From Tubiluchus corallicola (Eukaryota > Animalia > Priapulida), in contig JAQGDQ010000200.1 of NCBI GenBank assembly GCA_030141605.1, positions 186,001-250,000 of the forward strand: DNA of 64,000 nucleotides, given 5' to 3'. Below, piece by piece: positions 14,101-27,426 of this stretch. A model generated the notes under the pieces. It saw only the letters and a list, made by a program, of their open reading frames with translations. It made no database searches and was not told where the DNA came from. Each line of letters opens with the position of its first letter. The stretch's first letter is position 1. Both the position numbers and the translations under genes were made by a program.

Positions 14101-14581
14101 TATGTACCAGAACGTAAAACAACAAAAAAATAGAAAGAAAAAATATCCGCCGAGAAATGAGAAAAGTCAGCCATGGTTAGTAGAAGATTTGAAATGACCA
14201 CATTTCCGATATCATCTTTAAAGTATTTAACAATACATTTTAAGAACCTGTAGGAAAAAAATCATAAAAAGGATGCGTTTTTTACATTGTCACAGAACTA
14301 ATAATGTAGTGTGTTAAACTAAGATGTGCAGTAGATTCTACTGTATGTGCATTTTTTTTCAAAACAGCCTGTTCCTTCACCGAGTATAAGGACATATGAG
14401 TATGGTGTTAAGTTCTGTTTAAAAAATAATGTAAATAATTTAGATACAACTGTGTAGTGTATGAATTTAGTAAAATATGTCACTATACAATATATGTGAT
14501 GTATATACATAGACCACCGGTTAAAAGTACTGATTACCACAGCATCATCTCAAATGGCAGCATGTACATATGCTTTCTAAA

Positions 14582-17500
14582 TCAGTCTGCGTCTCCATCT
14601 CCTTTATAATGCTGCAAAGTACGAGCAGATGGATCCGTTGCTTCAATCCACTTGGGCATCCAATAATAGGGAATCCATTCACATCTCTCTGGATAAAACC
14701 CGTCAAACACTTTCCGATAAAAATACGCCTCTTTTGAAGGAGGTGGATTAAACGGAAATGTTTCCTTTACATTTTGCATTTCAACGTCGGACACCTGAAA
14801 TATAAAATCTATTGTTAAAAGCAGACTAGGAACAAAATGTTCCGATAAAAATACGCCTCTTTTGAAGGAGGTGGATTAAACGGAAATGTTTCCTTTACAT
14901 TTTGCATTTCAATGTGGACACCTGAAATATAAAATCTATTGTTAAAAGCAGACTAGGAACAAAATGTTCACTAATTGCAAAAAACAAGAAGATGACCCAA
15001 AAACTGTTTGTTTTGTTAGCCATGTATGAAAAGCAAATAAACATACAAAGAACACTGAGGTCTTGAATTAACAGAAACAAAGTTCAGATAACTGATCACC
15101 ATTATAAGTAACTCTACAAACAGTTTTGCTTTTTTGTGGTGAATATGAGATGAATTGAATACGATGCTTTTCACTTTTTAATGGAAATTATGGCAGAAGA
15201 AACTAGAATGAGGATACTCAATAGAGGTTAAAGCAAAATTTAGTTTAACATTTCTTTATTTTGTGATGTTAACCTTCCACATTGTGAAACCAAGGGGTTC
15301 CCAAGTCTTGCCCAGTTCTACTCATGCACAAAGTTCACCACTTTTGTTTATATAAGCATTTTTTTATTTTGTAACCACGACCATAGACGTTTCAAACCCA
15401 AAATCGTTGGTTTCCAGCTCTTGTCCAGGCCTATCCTTGCACCCAGTTCGATGATTCGACTTCATCCATTTTGATTTTATTGTACGGATAGATACACGTA
15501 CGTTCCAACTAATGTCCATGCACGTAGTAAGTTTTGGGAAATCGACTATTGAACAAAAGCTTTCTAGTTAAGGTCAAATGCCAGCCAAAAGAAATAAGTC
15601 AATGCATTTCACAACATAGTCGGTCGATTAGGGAATTATTACAACAAAAAGCAAAGCAACAACTGCATTTAACAGACCTTAGTTTCAATATAATCCTGTA
15701 GAACCTGGAACCATGATTGTTTCTGGGATGATACACCATCACTAAATGCTTCCTTCGGTCGCCACAATACGTCTTCAGGTATCAAACCTTGTCCACTAAA
15801 TGCTAAACGTATTAGATACTTTTCACAATTAGATTTGGGCTGACGCTCCTCAGGTGGTATAGAAAGATAGTATGCGGTAAATTGGTGATCCAAGAAAGGT
15901 ACACGTAACTCCAATCTACAAAAATATTTTATCTAATCAGTCACTTTCGTAATGTTGTAGTTCACAGCTCATAGAATTTTAATTTATGCCAGGTTTTATT
16001 TGCTAAAACTTATCTAAAAATAATGGCAAAAAACAAATGTATAGTATAGTATTTAAAATTTTACTGAAATCATTTAATGTCCAAAGAAAATGTTCTGAAA
16101 AACAGGAAATATAGAACAAGAGTTTTGTATGGTTGCACAATTTAACACTTTCATGACTTGTGCTTACTTGGCATACCTGCATTTCAATTATTTTTACACC
16201 TTTTGTGGCAAGATTTCTGCACAAAAATGGACAATTGTTTGCTTATCTAAGCTTCATAATTTATTATTTGTTATGTCCACATCTAGGTTACCTGTTACCA
16301 TACTTCATGTATAACCTATTATAGAGCAAATATAAAAAAGGCAATGCATCTTTTATATGAATTTCACTTTAATAGTAGTAGTATAACTTAAACACACTTT
16401 TGCTGTGTGGAAATTGTAAAGCGGAACAGCAGAATGAACGATAATATGAAAAGTATGCTGGAATTTATTATTCCACACGACAACATATATGTCATAAGTT
16501 TCGAATTCTATTAGAGCTCAATGTCAACAATCAATTAAAAATCTGTAGGTTTCTGTTTGGTGTTTCACTTAAAGATCTAAACTTTGATTCACTAATACTG
16601 GATTCTAGCAAAATTGGATAAAATTCTAGTTTTTCTTTTTACAAGACAAAAATATTGCAAAGTGGTCTTAAACTTTTACTAAAGACTGTGAACATTGCCT
16701 GTCAGGTGATTAAAGCTGGTTAAAAAATAGGAATAATTTCTGTTTTCCAGTGTATGGCATCCAGAGTTCAAATCTTTGGTTTTATCACTCAATGACAATA
16801 AGCACATTCTATTTCTAACTTCTAGATGCTACATGCTGGATGCAGATGCCGATGTTGGATGCTTTGGGGTACCATAAGCTTTAAATAAGATATGTTTACT
16901 GTTTCAATTAACTAAGACAGTAGTGATTACAATAACAAGCAAAAAAGAATATCGCAGTTCACATTTAAAGAAATGTGACATAGTAGCAATGTAATCTTAA
17001 ATTTGATCGACTATGTTTTCCTTTTAAATCTCAATAATGTACATTTGTGTTTTGTTAAGTAATGTTCGACTAACACAGTTTGGAAACAAATCAGATCCAG
17101 CAACTAAAAGTTTATCTTCATCAAGCTTCAGAAAGTCATTGAAATTAACATACAAATAATGTGCATCATTCTCCATATGTAATATGCAGCATGTTTTTTA
17201 TATTATTGTTGCCTTTCCTTTTATTAAATTCAACCCACTACTACATTTATTTGAAACATGACTACGCATTTAGAAAACACAAGTTTAAGAAACTGATGGA
17301 TAATATACACTGTACACCACAATGTACAAACATAGAACGCTGTAGAAGCATAGCAGGGGATATAAAGAATGCTAAAATATATCTAAAGAAATACCACAGA
17401 GAAATTTTCATTTACAGTAATTCCTTGAGTTGAGTGACCGCAGAACAAGATTATACACCTGGAGGACATAGACTAAATTATTAAGCATGAAAACAGCTAG

Positions 17501-20500
17501 ACTGTACAAGTATACGGTAATACATCCTTATTACCCATGGGCAGCCGTTGTTCTGTCTGCACGTAATACATCGTACATGTAGAGATCTTTTAGCAAGCGT
17601 CTACTTTCCCTGTCTGCTTCATCAGCATTCGGTGCCTAAAATAAAAAGAAAACTAAATAAAAAATAAATAAATGTGAATGTAAAGAGAGCTAAACATAAA
17701 TCAAATTATAATTTTTACATGACAGAAGAGCAGTTACTGAAATTTATTAATTAAAATTTAAAGAAAGACCATAAATTTATGGGGAAAAAATTACCTCAGC
17801 TAAGGAGATTATGTTTTCATAGCCGTATGTTTGTTTGTTTGTTTGCAAACAGGATTACACAAAAACTGTTCGATTAATTTTCATGAACTTTTGGGGTCAT
17901 GGGACAAGGAAGAAAGCTTTCAATGTGGGCATAATTGATTAAGAACTGTGAAGGAAAATCAATTTTTATGTATGGAAAAATATTATGTGATGTCGCAATA
18001 AAGAATTGCCCAGAAACAGCAAAAAGCAAGTATACACATCATTAATCAGATAATGTCAGGACAACTGATGATGTGTTAACCTAAAGTGACTATGAGATTT
18101 AACAAACTATATTCACAAGTTTTGGCGGGATCTATGCTCTACTGAGTACCATTGCAGTTAGTAATGCATTATGACTTTTCTTGGTAGAGTTTAGGTACTG
18201 AGTTCATGGTAACTACCTAACTTAATCCAAAAACATACAGCTAACATACCCTTTTTTTAAATACCAAGTGAATAATAGTAAAAAACCTCTACGTTTTATT
18301 GTCCAATAACATTAAATCACCACTCTCCTTAAGCTTGGCATCCTGCATACCTGACTCTAGCAGTCAACAGCAGGGTCTATACTGCTGTAGAATGGTTGTA
18401 AAACGTCAGAAATTAGCTCACAGAAAAAGATAATCTTCTAGTTTAGGGCGATATGCTAAACCCTTCAAGTGTCTTGGCCACACCTGAATCTTACCTCAGT
18501 AAGAATAGTTGAAAGCAGCATGGCAAATGAAATCTGCTCAGAAGCAGGATTAGCATGCTTAACTTCATAAAGAATTGCACCCCATTCCACTTAACTAGTA
18601 TACCTCACTTCCAACTACTATATAACAGCAAAAATTCAGCAACTGCTGACTAGTTTCTTATAGCGTCATCAGTACATTATTAATTAAACTCAAACACACA
18701 TCAAAGTCAGTTTTCATTCTTAGTCGCAGTCAATAGATCCATCCTCAGTTACACCCTAAACTAAGCAGCATTTAACTTAAGAGTAATCATTAATGATATT
18801 CCAAGGGGATTTGTTTAGGACAATTTCTGATCAAACCACGATAATCCCTAATTTTCAAACCAAAACAGCAGCAGCTAAATAAAACTTTACTTGACCGTAT
18901 CAAAAAGAAGTGATATTCTATTACAACCTACCTTATGGAAGTAAATGTATCCTTGGGCAACTTCATCAGCTCCCTCGCCAGAAAACAGTACCACGGTGTC
19001 TGTATTTTTTGTAATGTACTCACTCACTAAATACATGCCTACAAAAATATGTTTAATTACCAGAGCTCTTAAAGCAAAGCTTAACGCAACAAGAATGTAA
19101 ACAGAAATGAGAAATGCTCATAGTCTACCTACAGCCTTGCATCTGGTGTTTGACATTTATTTTGGAACTCACAGTTAAGATGACAAAGCTCTTCAAGTTA
19201 TGTTTTTTCATACTGTTAAATCATCACTGCAGATATCGTTATTGCTTTCCTGCTATAATGTCAGTCTACAGATTAAACTGGATGAATTATAAATTTAACT
19301 TTTAGGTATCTTATGCAGCTAACTACCTAAGCAGCAACTCATACCGCATAAGAATCTAATTGCAGAGCTGTAACTTTTTTCTTAAAAGGACAAGATGGAA
19401 CCAATGTATTCTAGATTGGACAGGTACTACACTATCAGAATGTTTTTAAATCTACGAGACTAACTATGATGTCAATCAGAAAATCAATAATTTTTTCTAG
19501 TGAGAGTGTCAGGGAACATTAAGATTGTTTCTCTACTATCAGCAGTTTAAACTTAACATGGCATGTCATTGTGTTAATAAGCATTAAGTTAAAAGCTTAA
19601 CAAAAATTGTGCATTCCAAAGAAACAGAAAAATTAAACTGCTGTTTCAGTGAGTCAAGTAACCAACTGGACTGAAGTTTACAAATCCCCACACAATAAGG
19701 CTGCTAAGCTTTTGCTATCATTTAATATATTTACATTATCAACAAGCCCACACTATTTGGACACATAAACACACCTGAGGTTCCAAAGTACAGAAGAGTG
19801 AAGTATAATTAGTCGTCATCGGCTTTGATTGCAGCGTAAATTAATGGCTATTTGACAGGTTTAGCAGTGTAGCCTTGTAATCTTTCTAGTATGCCAACGT
19901 AACGCTATAAGAAGTTCTTTAATGCAGGGGCACAAGAGCATTGTAAATAAATAACAAGTAGGACATTATTTTAAAATGCTACTACACACGTGTTAAAAAT
20001 GCAGTTTTATATTTATGTGAATAATTATGCAAAATGAATGCAAGATGTTATTAATAATCAGAAACTGCGATAGTGTGTAATAACAAGTGAACAAAATGTA
20101 CTGTGAATAAACCTAATAAAGAAGTTACACAATATGCTCAAGCTTCTTTTGTGAAAATGCAGTCAGTAAAATCACTATTCTACTTACTATTATATGTAAC
20201 GGCTGTGCTAATCGCATGTTCATTGATTAAGACGGTGAGAAAAAGATCAAATTTTTATAGAAAGCTGCACAATAATATATATGACGGAAACAGGCTTCTA
20301 GCAAAAACTTCAAACTCGATACCAAAAAGTGTGGAAGTGTATGAAGTTAGTTACGGCCGGACGTACAAAGACGCTCGGTTTAACAGGCCAGTGGACAGAG
20401 CACTACGAACAGCAGAAAAATACATGAAGCCATTTAATGTCGATTCAGTGAGAATTAGACATCGTCCAGTGTTCCTGACTGGCTTTGACACAACACATTT

Positions 20501-23500
20501 TACCGAAGGTGAAGGTCTACTACAGAATCTGAATGAAGAAATGGGAATTGAAAATTACACGCTTGTGTTTTATGACTTGGGGCTTAATAAAAGTCAAACT
20601 AAGATGGTAAGCATCTCTTTATAACTGCAAAATATTAAAATGTTTGAATAATATAAGCAGTTGAATATGGAGATAGATTGACTGCTCTCACACAAAAACA
20701 CTCAGGTAGCAATAGCATATAAACGTTTTTCTAAACTGCAAACTACCATAAAATGATAAATGTATAATTTAACTGTGTATAATATAATGTATAATATATT
20801 TATCTGTATCTGCTGTATCTATAATATACAATTGGGTGGTCAGATTAAAATCGAATAATGTGGCAAAACTGACTAGTAATTACTTGTAAAAGTGATAAAA
20901 AATTCCTGGTGGGTCACATCATAATATATTACTATTAAACTCAAATGTATTTCGTATTTGATTTACATTTTCAGATAAAGCAGTACTTGAGTCTCAACCA
21001 TGGTGTCTACAAATTATTTGAATATAATAAGTATCCAAAGCATCTTAAAAATCTTTTCAATTATGCATTCAAGCCTGTTATCATACAAGTAAGCACTTTA
21101 TATATCTAGTCTATTGCACAACTCTAGTAATTTGTCTTTAGACTTTTCCTCACATTTGGCTTCATAATGTGATTCATAATTGTAAATATTTAGATTTTAA
21201 AGTATCTCTCTGCAAACTCTGCCAGACCAGGTAATTTTCAGATGCATAAAATGAGCAGCTTTGTTTGACTCACGATTAAAAAAAATTATAATCTTTAAAC
21301 TATTTCTGACGTGCATTTAGTGCAATAATTAGTTAACCTGTGTGGAAACTAACCAACTTAGTCCTTCATATGCACACAATTAAATAATGAAAATGATTTC
21401 AGAAAATATGAAATTTATTAATGTGAATGTCAATTGTAGTTTATGTAAACATAAATTTAAGAAGAATATTTTGTCAAAATGTTACAAAATTTGTTGTTTC
21501 CCTTACAGGAAGCACTACAAGAATTTGGTTTTGTTTTCTGGGTGGATACATCTTTTAGATTAAGGCACAATAAAATCTCTCAGTTACAAACATTATGTGA
21601 TCAAGCTAGAACTGAAAGAGGCTTTACAATCTGGCAGCAAAAGAGAACACTGTACTGTTTCGTACATGCTGGCATGTACGAGTACTTTAACGCTGGCGTT
21701 GCACTGTACAAAGAAAAAGAATACCATGGAGTTCATGGAGGTGCTATAATGGTGTATAATACTCAGTTTACTCACAACTACATTATCATTCCATGGACGA
21801 CCTGTGCCCTGACAGAGGATTGCATAGCACCTAAAGGTTCTCACCGTAAGCCGTGCCACTGGCACGCACCTGGAGATTACTGCTGTCATCGCTACGACCA
21901 AGCAGCTTTGGCTATTATAATGTTACAACTATTTCAGTATGACTCGTCAAAGTTTGATGCGAATTTTTTACCACATCACTTTCAGAAAAATGACGTGTCC
22001 AGTAGCAACTACCTAAGAAACTTTGTAAATAAGTGATAATGACTGGGAAGTCTCCAAGAAAATATGGTTGAACAAATTGTGGAAAGAGTAAAATCTAAAT
22101 CTCCTGTCCACATATACAATTTATCTTGTTACTCGTGAACTAGATGAAGTTTGGTTAGAAAATAAATTTGACAAAAAATAAGTGAGATAAATGATATTTG
22201 TGTGATTAAAAATAATGTCCGTGTGACATATATTTCTCTTTTATGCTTTTAACTTGTTTAATGTGTACAGAGAAATGATGTTAACAAAAAAATGTTTACT
22301 ACAAAAGTTGTGATGATAGCCAAAACAGCCGGTTATAAGAAAACAAAGTTTAGCTACACTAAATGTATGCCCGCAAAGTAAAGCGTTGACACCAAGGCAT
22401 ATTTAATGTATTGTTAAAGGAAGGTGCGAAAAATGTGGCAGCAGTCACAATACTTAATATACACTGAAAAAGAGAACTGTATTGAAATAAACTTGTTTTC
22501 ATAATGTCTTTATCGCTCTGTTTTTTCTCTTTTAACCCTGGACTACAAGTCACCACTCTCATTGAAGGACCATAATACTAAAGTGATATTTTTATACTGG
22601 CTTGCCCAAATGTGTAATTTTAATTAATGCTGGCAACAGTCAACCATTGCATTTGGAGAGAAGAGACAACTTCTTAAACATCAAAGCAGTATTCAGTGAG
22701 CTGCTAACATAATAAATATTGCACGTAGAAATTATCGGTGCCAAATCTGACAAAGTTAAATTTGTGCAATCGCTTGCCTTGCCAGAAGCAAGTTTCTAAC
22801 AGCCCTTAGCGACGTCTGCTTGCAGTGACTGTTCCAAGAACAGCTTCACATTGTGCTCTGCAGTGGAAAATGTGCTTTTGTCATCTTCAGAAACCATTAG
22901 CATTAATTAAATTATTACACTGTTCGACAGTTTTTTTATTAAAAAAGAAAAATAAGAGAAAAAACGTTTTTATCCCTTTCCTACTATACAATTTTATATG
23001 AGACCAGGTTGATAAGTTAACCATACACTGCAAACGTAACATATTTAAAAAAAAACTCACCTACAGAAGCTCGTATGGTCGTGATGTCATAAGTTTCCAA
23101 ATGATAAATAACATTTTCTAATGCATTAATACCTTGCTCTGGTGTAAATATAACCTCATGGTGTTCTGTGCCAAGGTGTTTTGCAACCTGTAATAAGAAA
23201 AGCTTGAAAGCATAATTTTCGCTAAACAATCACCAAACCTACAAATGGGTTGCAGTTACAATCATTTCCTAGTAAAAAAGTTAGGTATTTATCAATATTT
23301 ATTTTTAAGTAAACATTTTTTCTATAATTATAACAGTTAAAATGGATTTATGCGCTTAACTCATCTTTGGTGCAAATTAATTTAATAAATAAAAAAAGTT
23401 AAAATTTTTCAAACACGAAGCAGAATTACAAAGCCCTTCAATAAAGTCAACACAGAGCTACTTATGTGAATTATGAGTGATGTTAGAATTAATGCTTGAT

Positions 23501-26305
23501 AAATGTCAAGGAAATCCTAATTTGCTGACCTTTCTGGCTGCCAGTACATCTGTGCTTCCTTCCATTCCTATTGAAAATGTCTGAATCGGATATTTAAGAA
23601 ATTCATCCATGCTAGCATTAACAACCAGTGCTGCTACAACACTTGAATCTAAACCACCTGAAAATACATTAATAATATATACCATTTTGAATGGTACACG
23701 CATCCAGTTTTTACTTTTCTTTTAGTTCTATTGTAACATGTAATGTTGTAAAAATTTACATAAAAACACTTTGACAAACTCTAGACAATTAATAAACAAG
23801 AGACCATATAGTTTCTGATAAATATTGACTGGCAAACTAACTAATGTACAGACAGACAAAAATGGCAAAGAAACATGCAACATGCAATGCTTATTATCAC
23901 TGCCATGTTTATTAAATATAAACTACGTAATTTAGCAAACAGTAACCAAAAAAACTGCGATTATCACAAAACCAATAAGATTAATATTATACACGCATAA
24001 ATGCAAAGTGAATTCCTAATTTCATAGGTTTTATTCTCAGATACTCAGTCTTGCATAAACCTATCCAACAATGCAACTAATTCACAAAAAAACAGTACAT
24101 CATGCATAGTTGCATACATAAAAGTAATTACAAGCCAGTTTATGTACAAACCTGATAAAAGGCAGCCTATGCGTCGATCTGACATCATCCTCTTTTTTAC
24201 AGCGCCTACTAATAGCGTTCGAATGTTTGCTGAAACGTCGTCTACAAAAAGAAAAGACAACAGAAATGTTTTCAATGTCAGTTCTGTAAATAAGATAACA
24301 GGCAGTAGCATATTAACAAATGTACTTAACAGAGTTTGTTTTAAAGCTAAACTATATAAAAAACAAGTATTTCTAGCACAGAATGGAAAATCGTCAATGA
24401 TATGAAATGAACCTCTATGTACATCACTTTATAATAGATGATTATAATAATATAATATAATAATAACAATAATCATAATAATAATAATTCACTATTTACA
24501 AGCAATACATTGCATTTCATTACTTTTATCAGGCTAATCAGGTTTAAATCGTTTTGCATTTTGATACCATTGTTTAATTGTTAATTTAAAAAAAATGGAA
24601 TTTAACTTTACAACAATTGTAACTCCAAAATCACTACTGTGTATATACTGATTTGGAGGGCAAAAACGTTGCATTAATCCTGAGACAGACTGCATTGACA
24701 AAGTGCACATACCAGCTAACATGCGAGACGGGGCTATCATCAAGTCATACCGTGGCATGTCTCCAATGTGGTGAAAACACTTTTTCTCCAATAATGTTAC
24801 TTTGCCATCTTTATCTAGTTGATATGATTCAATGTGACCTGGTGAAAATGGGGTCAGCTCTGAAAGATGACCATTTACCATACTTTCAGGCAAAGTGACT
24901 AGCCCTGTAATAAAAAATGAGATCAACAGACATATCCACATATATGTGTTTTTATTCTTTTAAATCCTACTAATCATCAAAATGGAATTACCTTTTATGT
25001 CCTGGAATGAGCTAATGCAGATAGATGTCTAAATATAATGAGAGAGAGCTGTTCACTAACTTATTGGCAAATTGTCAAAAATATTCCAAATACTTTGTTT
25101 GCAAAGTTACAGCCGGAATCAGCTTTTCAGTACTGTCAAATAGGACAGGAGCGGTTTACACAACTCAAAAGCTCTTAATTTTTGATTTCAGTATTAATGT
25201 ATTTTAATACACCTCATCATTAGCACCGATTTTTCGCTTGATAAAAAGAGATAAAATTATGAAAATTATTCATACATGTGTACATCAGCCAACTAAATCT
25301 GTCATTTTCCAATGATTCGGGTTAGTGGTATGATACTCTGCAGTAAATAAAGTAATGTTTAGACTGTGACTTAGTACAAACCTTTAGCTTCTGAGCATAC
25401 AGCTAATACACCATCTTCAGACAAGAGTTTAAAACTTGGCCGCACACCATATGTATCTCGTCCCAAATGCACCTGCTTCTTTTGCGTATCAAGAATGCAG
25501 AAAGCGAAAACACCATCTAGGTGAGCAGCTGCAAATTCAGCGCCACCTTTTGCATAAAGATGAAGGATCACTTCTCCATCGCACTGCGTTTGATACATGA
25601 ATCCAAACTCTTTGCACAACTAAAAATGACATTAAAGTTCTTCTTTGAATTAATGAAATTAATAAACTAAGAAAATACTGCAAACCAGAAAGAAAGGGCA
25701 AGTTAAAGTTTTGCAAATTGAGCCTCAAAACCTTGTTTTCATTTCCTGACAACTAACACAATGTGCTGGTGTCGTAAACTACAAGTATTATGGGTCCAAC
25801 GTGCTGTTGCCAGTTAACTAGTTTATTACCAGTGTGTACCTAGAAATTATTGAGTCTGGCTAATTCCGCATAATTCCACAGTACATCGGCAAAAAATTTT
25901 AATTTGGACAAGATATAAAATTAGTAAACAATATGTAAACTGAAGAAGTCGTGGCAAAAAAAATTAATTTGGACAAGAAATAAAATTAGTAAACAATATG
26001 TAAACTGCAGAAGTCGGCAAAAAAGTTACTACAAAGGTAACGAAATACTCTACCCGTTTATGATTGTAGATTTCACCATTGTATATCATCCATAAATAAG
26101 GCAGTGAATTGACTCTCATTGGCTGCATTCCATACAGATCATCAACAATGGCAAGACGATGAAACGCCAAGCAGCAGTGAGGAAAAAAATGCATGTTTGT
26201 CTCAACTCGAAATGCATCTGGTCCTCGATGCGCGACCTTGAGCACATTCGCAATCTGCTTATTGATGACTTCGTAACTTCCAAATAATGCCCAAATTCCA
26301 CACAT
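14582..26305 (-). CDS. ASNS: Asparagine synthetase (glutamine-hydrolysing), 561 aa, 10 coding exons
   Basis: Exons 26054-26305, 25382-25619, 24713-24904, 24152-24241, 23530-23657, 23061-23187, 18932-19038, 17535-17635, 15678-15915, 14582-14794; all GT-AG and phase-consistent, 1686 nt in total. Motifs: MCGI (Ntn Cys2), [74 protein letters not shown]. Confidence 0.97.
14712..14969. repeat. 128-bp tandem duplication spanning the ASNS last intron/exon boundary
   Basis: ttccgataaaaatacgcctc...cacctgaaatataaaatctattgttaaaagcagactaggaacaaaatg occurs at 14712 and 14840. The copies differ only at aacgtcggac versus aatgtggac. Confidence 0.95.
17790..18159 (+). mobile_element. Helentron-associated non-autonomous element (HINE/DINE-like)
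   Basis: Starts attacctcagctaaggagattatgttttc, has a (TTTG)n tract and caggattacacaaaaact, and ends ttggcgggatctatgctctactgagtaccattgcagtt, the characteristic layout of this element class. Confidence 0.7.
20157..22036 (+). CDS. DUF1647-like type II membrane protein (putative GT-A glycosyltransferase), 363 aa, nested antisense in an ASNS intron
   Basis: Exons 20157-20606, 20975-21088, 21509-22036 (GT-AG, phase 0). N-terminal anchor [18 protein letters not shown]. Motifs PVFLTG...[74 protein letters not shown] at 22161. Confidence 0.85.
25887..26023. repeat. ~68-bp tandem duplication in the ASNS intron after the first coding exon
   Basis: ggcaaaaaa..ttaatttggacaaga(t/a)ataaaattagtaaacaatatgtaaactg(a/c)agaagtcg occurs twice. 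Confidence 0.85.
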
Positions 26306-27426
26306 GATGAATTCACATTAATGAAGCCAATATTTGTCACCGCAATCTGTAATTATAAAGATTATGAGTTGGAACAGGAACAGGAAAAAAAAACGTGTGG
26401 CATTCTTAGCCAATTGCCTTGTTACTCACATACTCAACATACAAAACTGTTTCAGTACTGTGCTTGGTTACTGAACTGCACTCCAGAATTTTCCAGTAGC
26501 TAAAAAAGCATGCATGTGTACCTACAGGCTACACGTACTTACAGTCATGCACAGGGCCATTCTAATAATTTCTCATTGTTGGACTATAGTGAAAATTACT
26601 GTATTTGCATTTTTACTGGGCAAACACTATCAGTGATTCAGCAAGGATTGGTAAACTAATATACTAAATATTATTCCAGTAAATGAATGGAAATTATTTA
26701 GAAATTTCATTTTGCCCTCTTCATGGCTTAGTCAACAATTTTCAACTTTGAATATTAAAAGGTTTTCTTGCTTTATTGGAATCACCTAGACAGAATATTT
26801 TAATATGGAGCGTATTACTTTTTGGTCTAGAATATATTGCCTGTACTGTATATACTATAGAATATAGAGTCAATGTATGCAATGTTAATAAAATTCATCA
26901 TTCCAGTAATTCAGTTATTAAATCTACAAGAATAACAGAGAAAAATTTTAAAAGTGTGCCAATGACTCCCCTCAAAAATTTCAGGGGCACTTTTTATAAC
27001 ACCCTGGCGTGTTTCAAAAGACAGACACTGTATAACTAATTACATGTTAAAATGCAAAAAGAAGTGTCAAGAAGATCATATAGAACATTTTCATTATTGT
27101 TTTTCAGTAATGTTCCTATACAAATGTTTCTAATTAGTATTTTTGTCTTTAAAAAATATTGATAAAATCTGTGCTGATTCTGCTTTTATTGTGAGCTTTT
27201 CGTGATACAATAAATTAAATTAAATTATAATATCATAAATATCAATTCTACAGAACATGAGATAATTTCAAATATATAAATTTATCAGAAACATAAAGTA
27301 ACTGTAGAAATTCTTTTTATTATCCTTATATATTAATGTGGGCATATTGACTTAGTGTATCAGTGTTTAACATCATTTTCTTGGCCTTCTAGTCCCATTT
27401 TGGCTTTGGGAGATCTCGGTTTCAAG

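Noticed and set aside
21593-21901. Antisense ORFs over real exons (also 45466-45936, 24142-24405, 34384-34833)
   Set aside because: Shadow frames of GC-richer coding exons on the opposite strand.
24713-24726. Possible GC-AG donor (c|gcatgt) 12 nt before the GT donor of ASNS exon 3
   Set aside because: The canonical gtatgt donor is in the same phase and gives a 561-aa protein; nothing requires the GC site.
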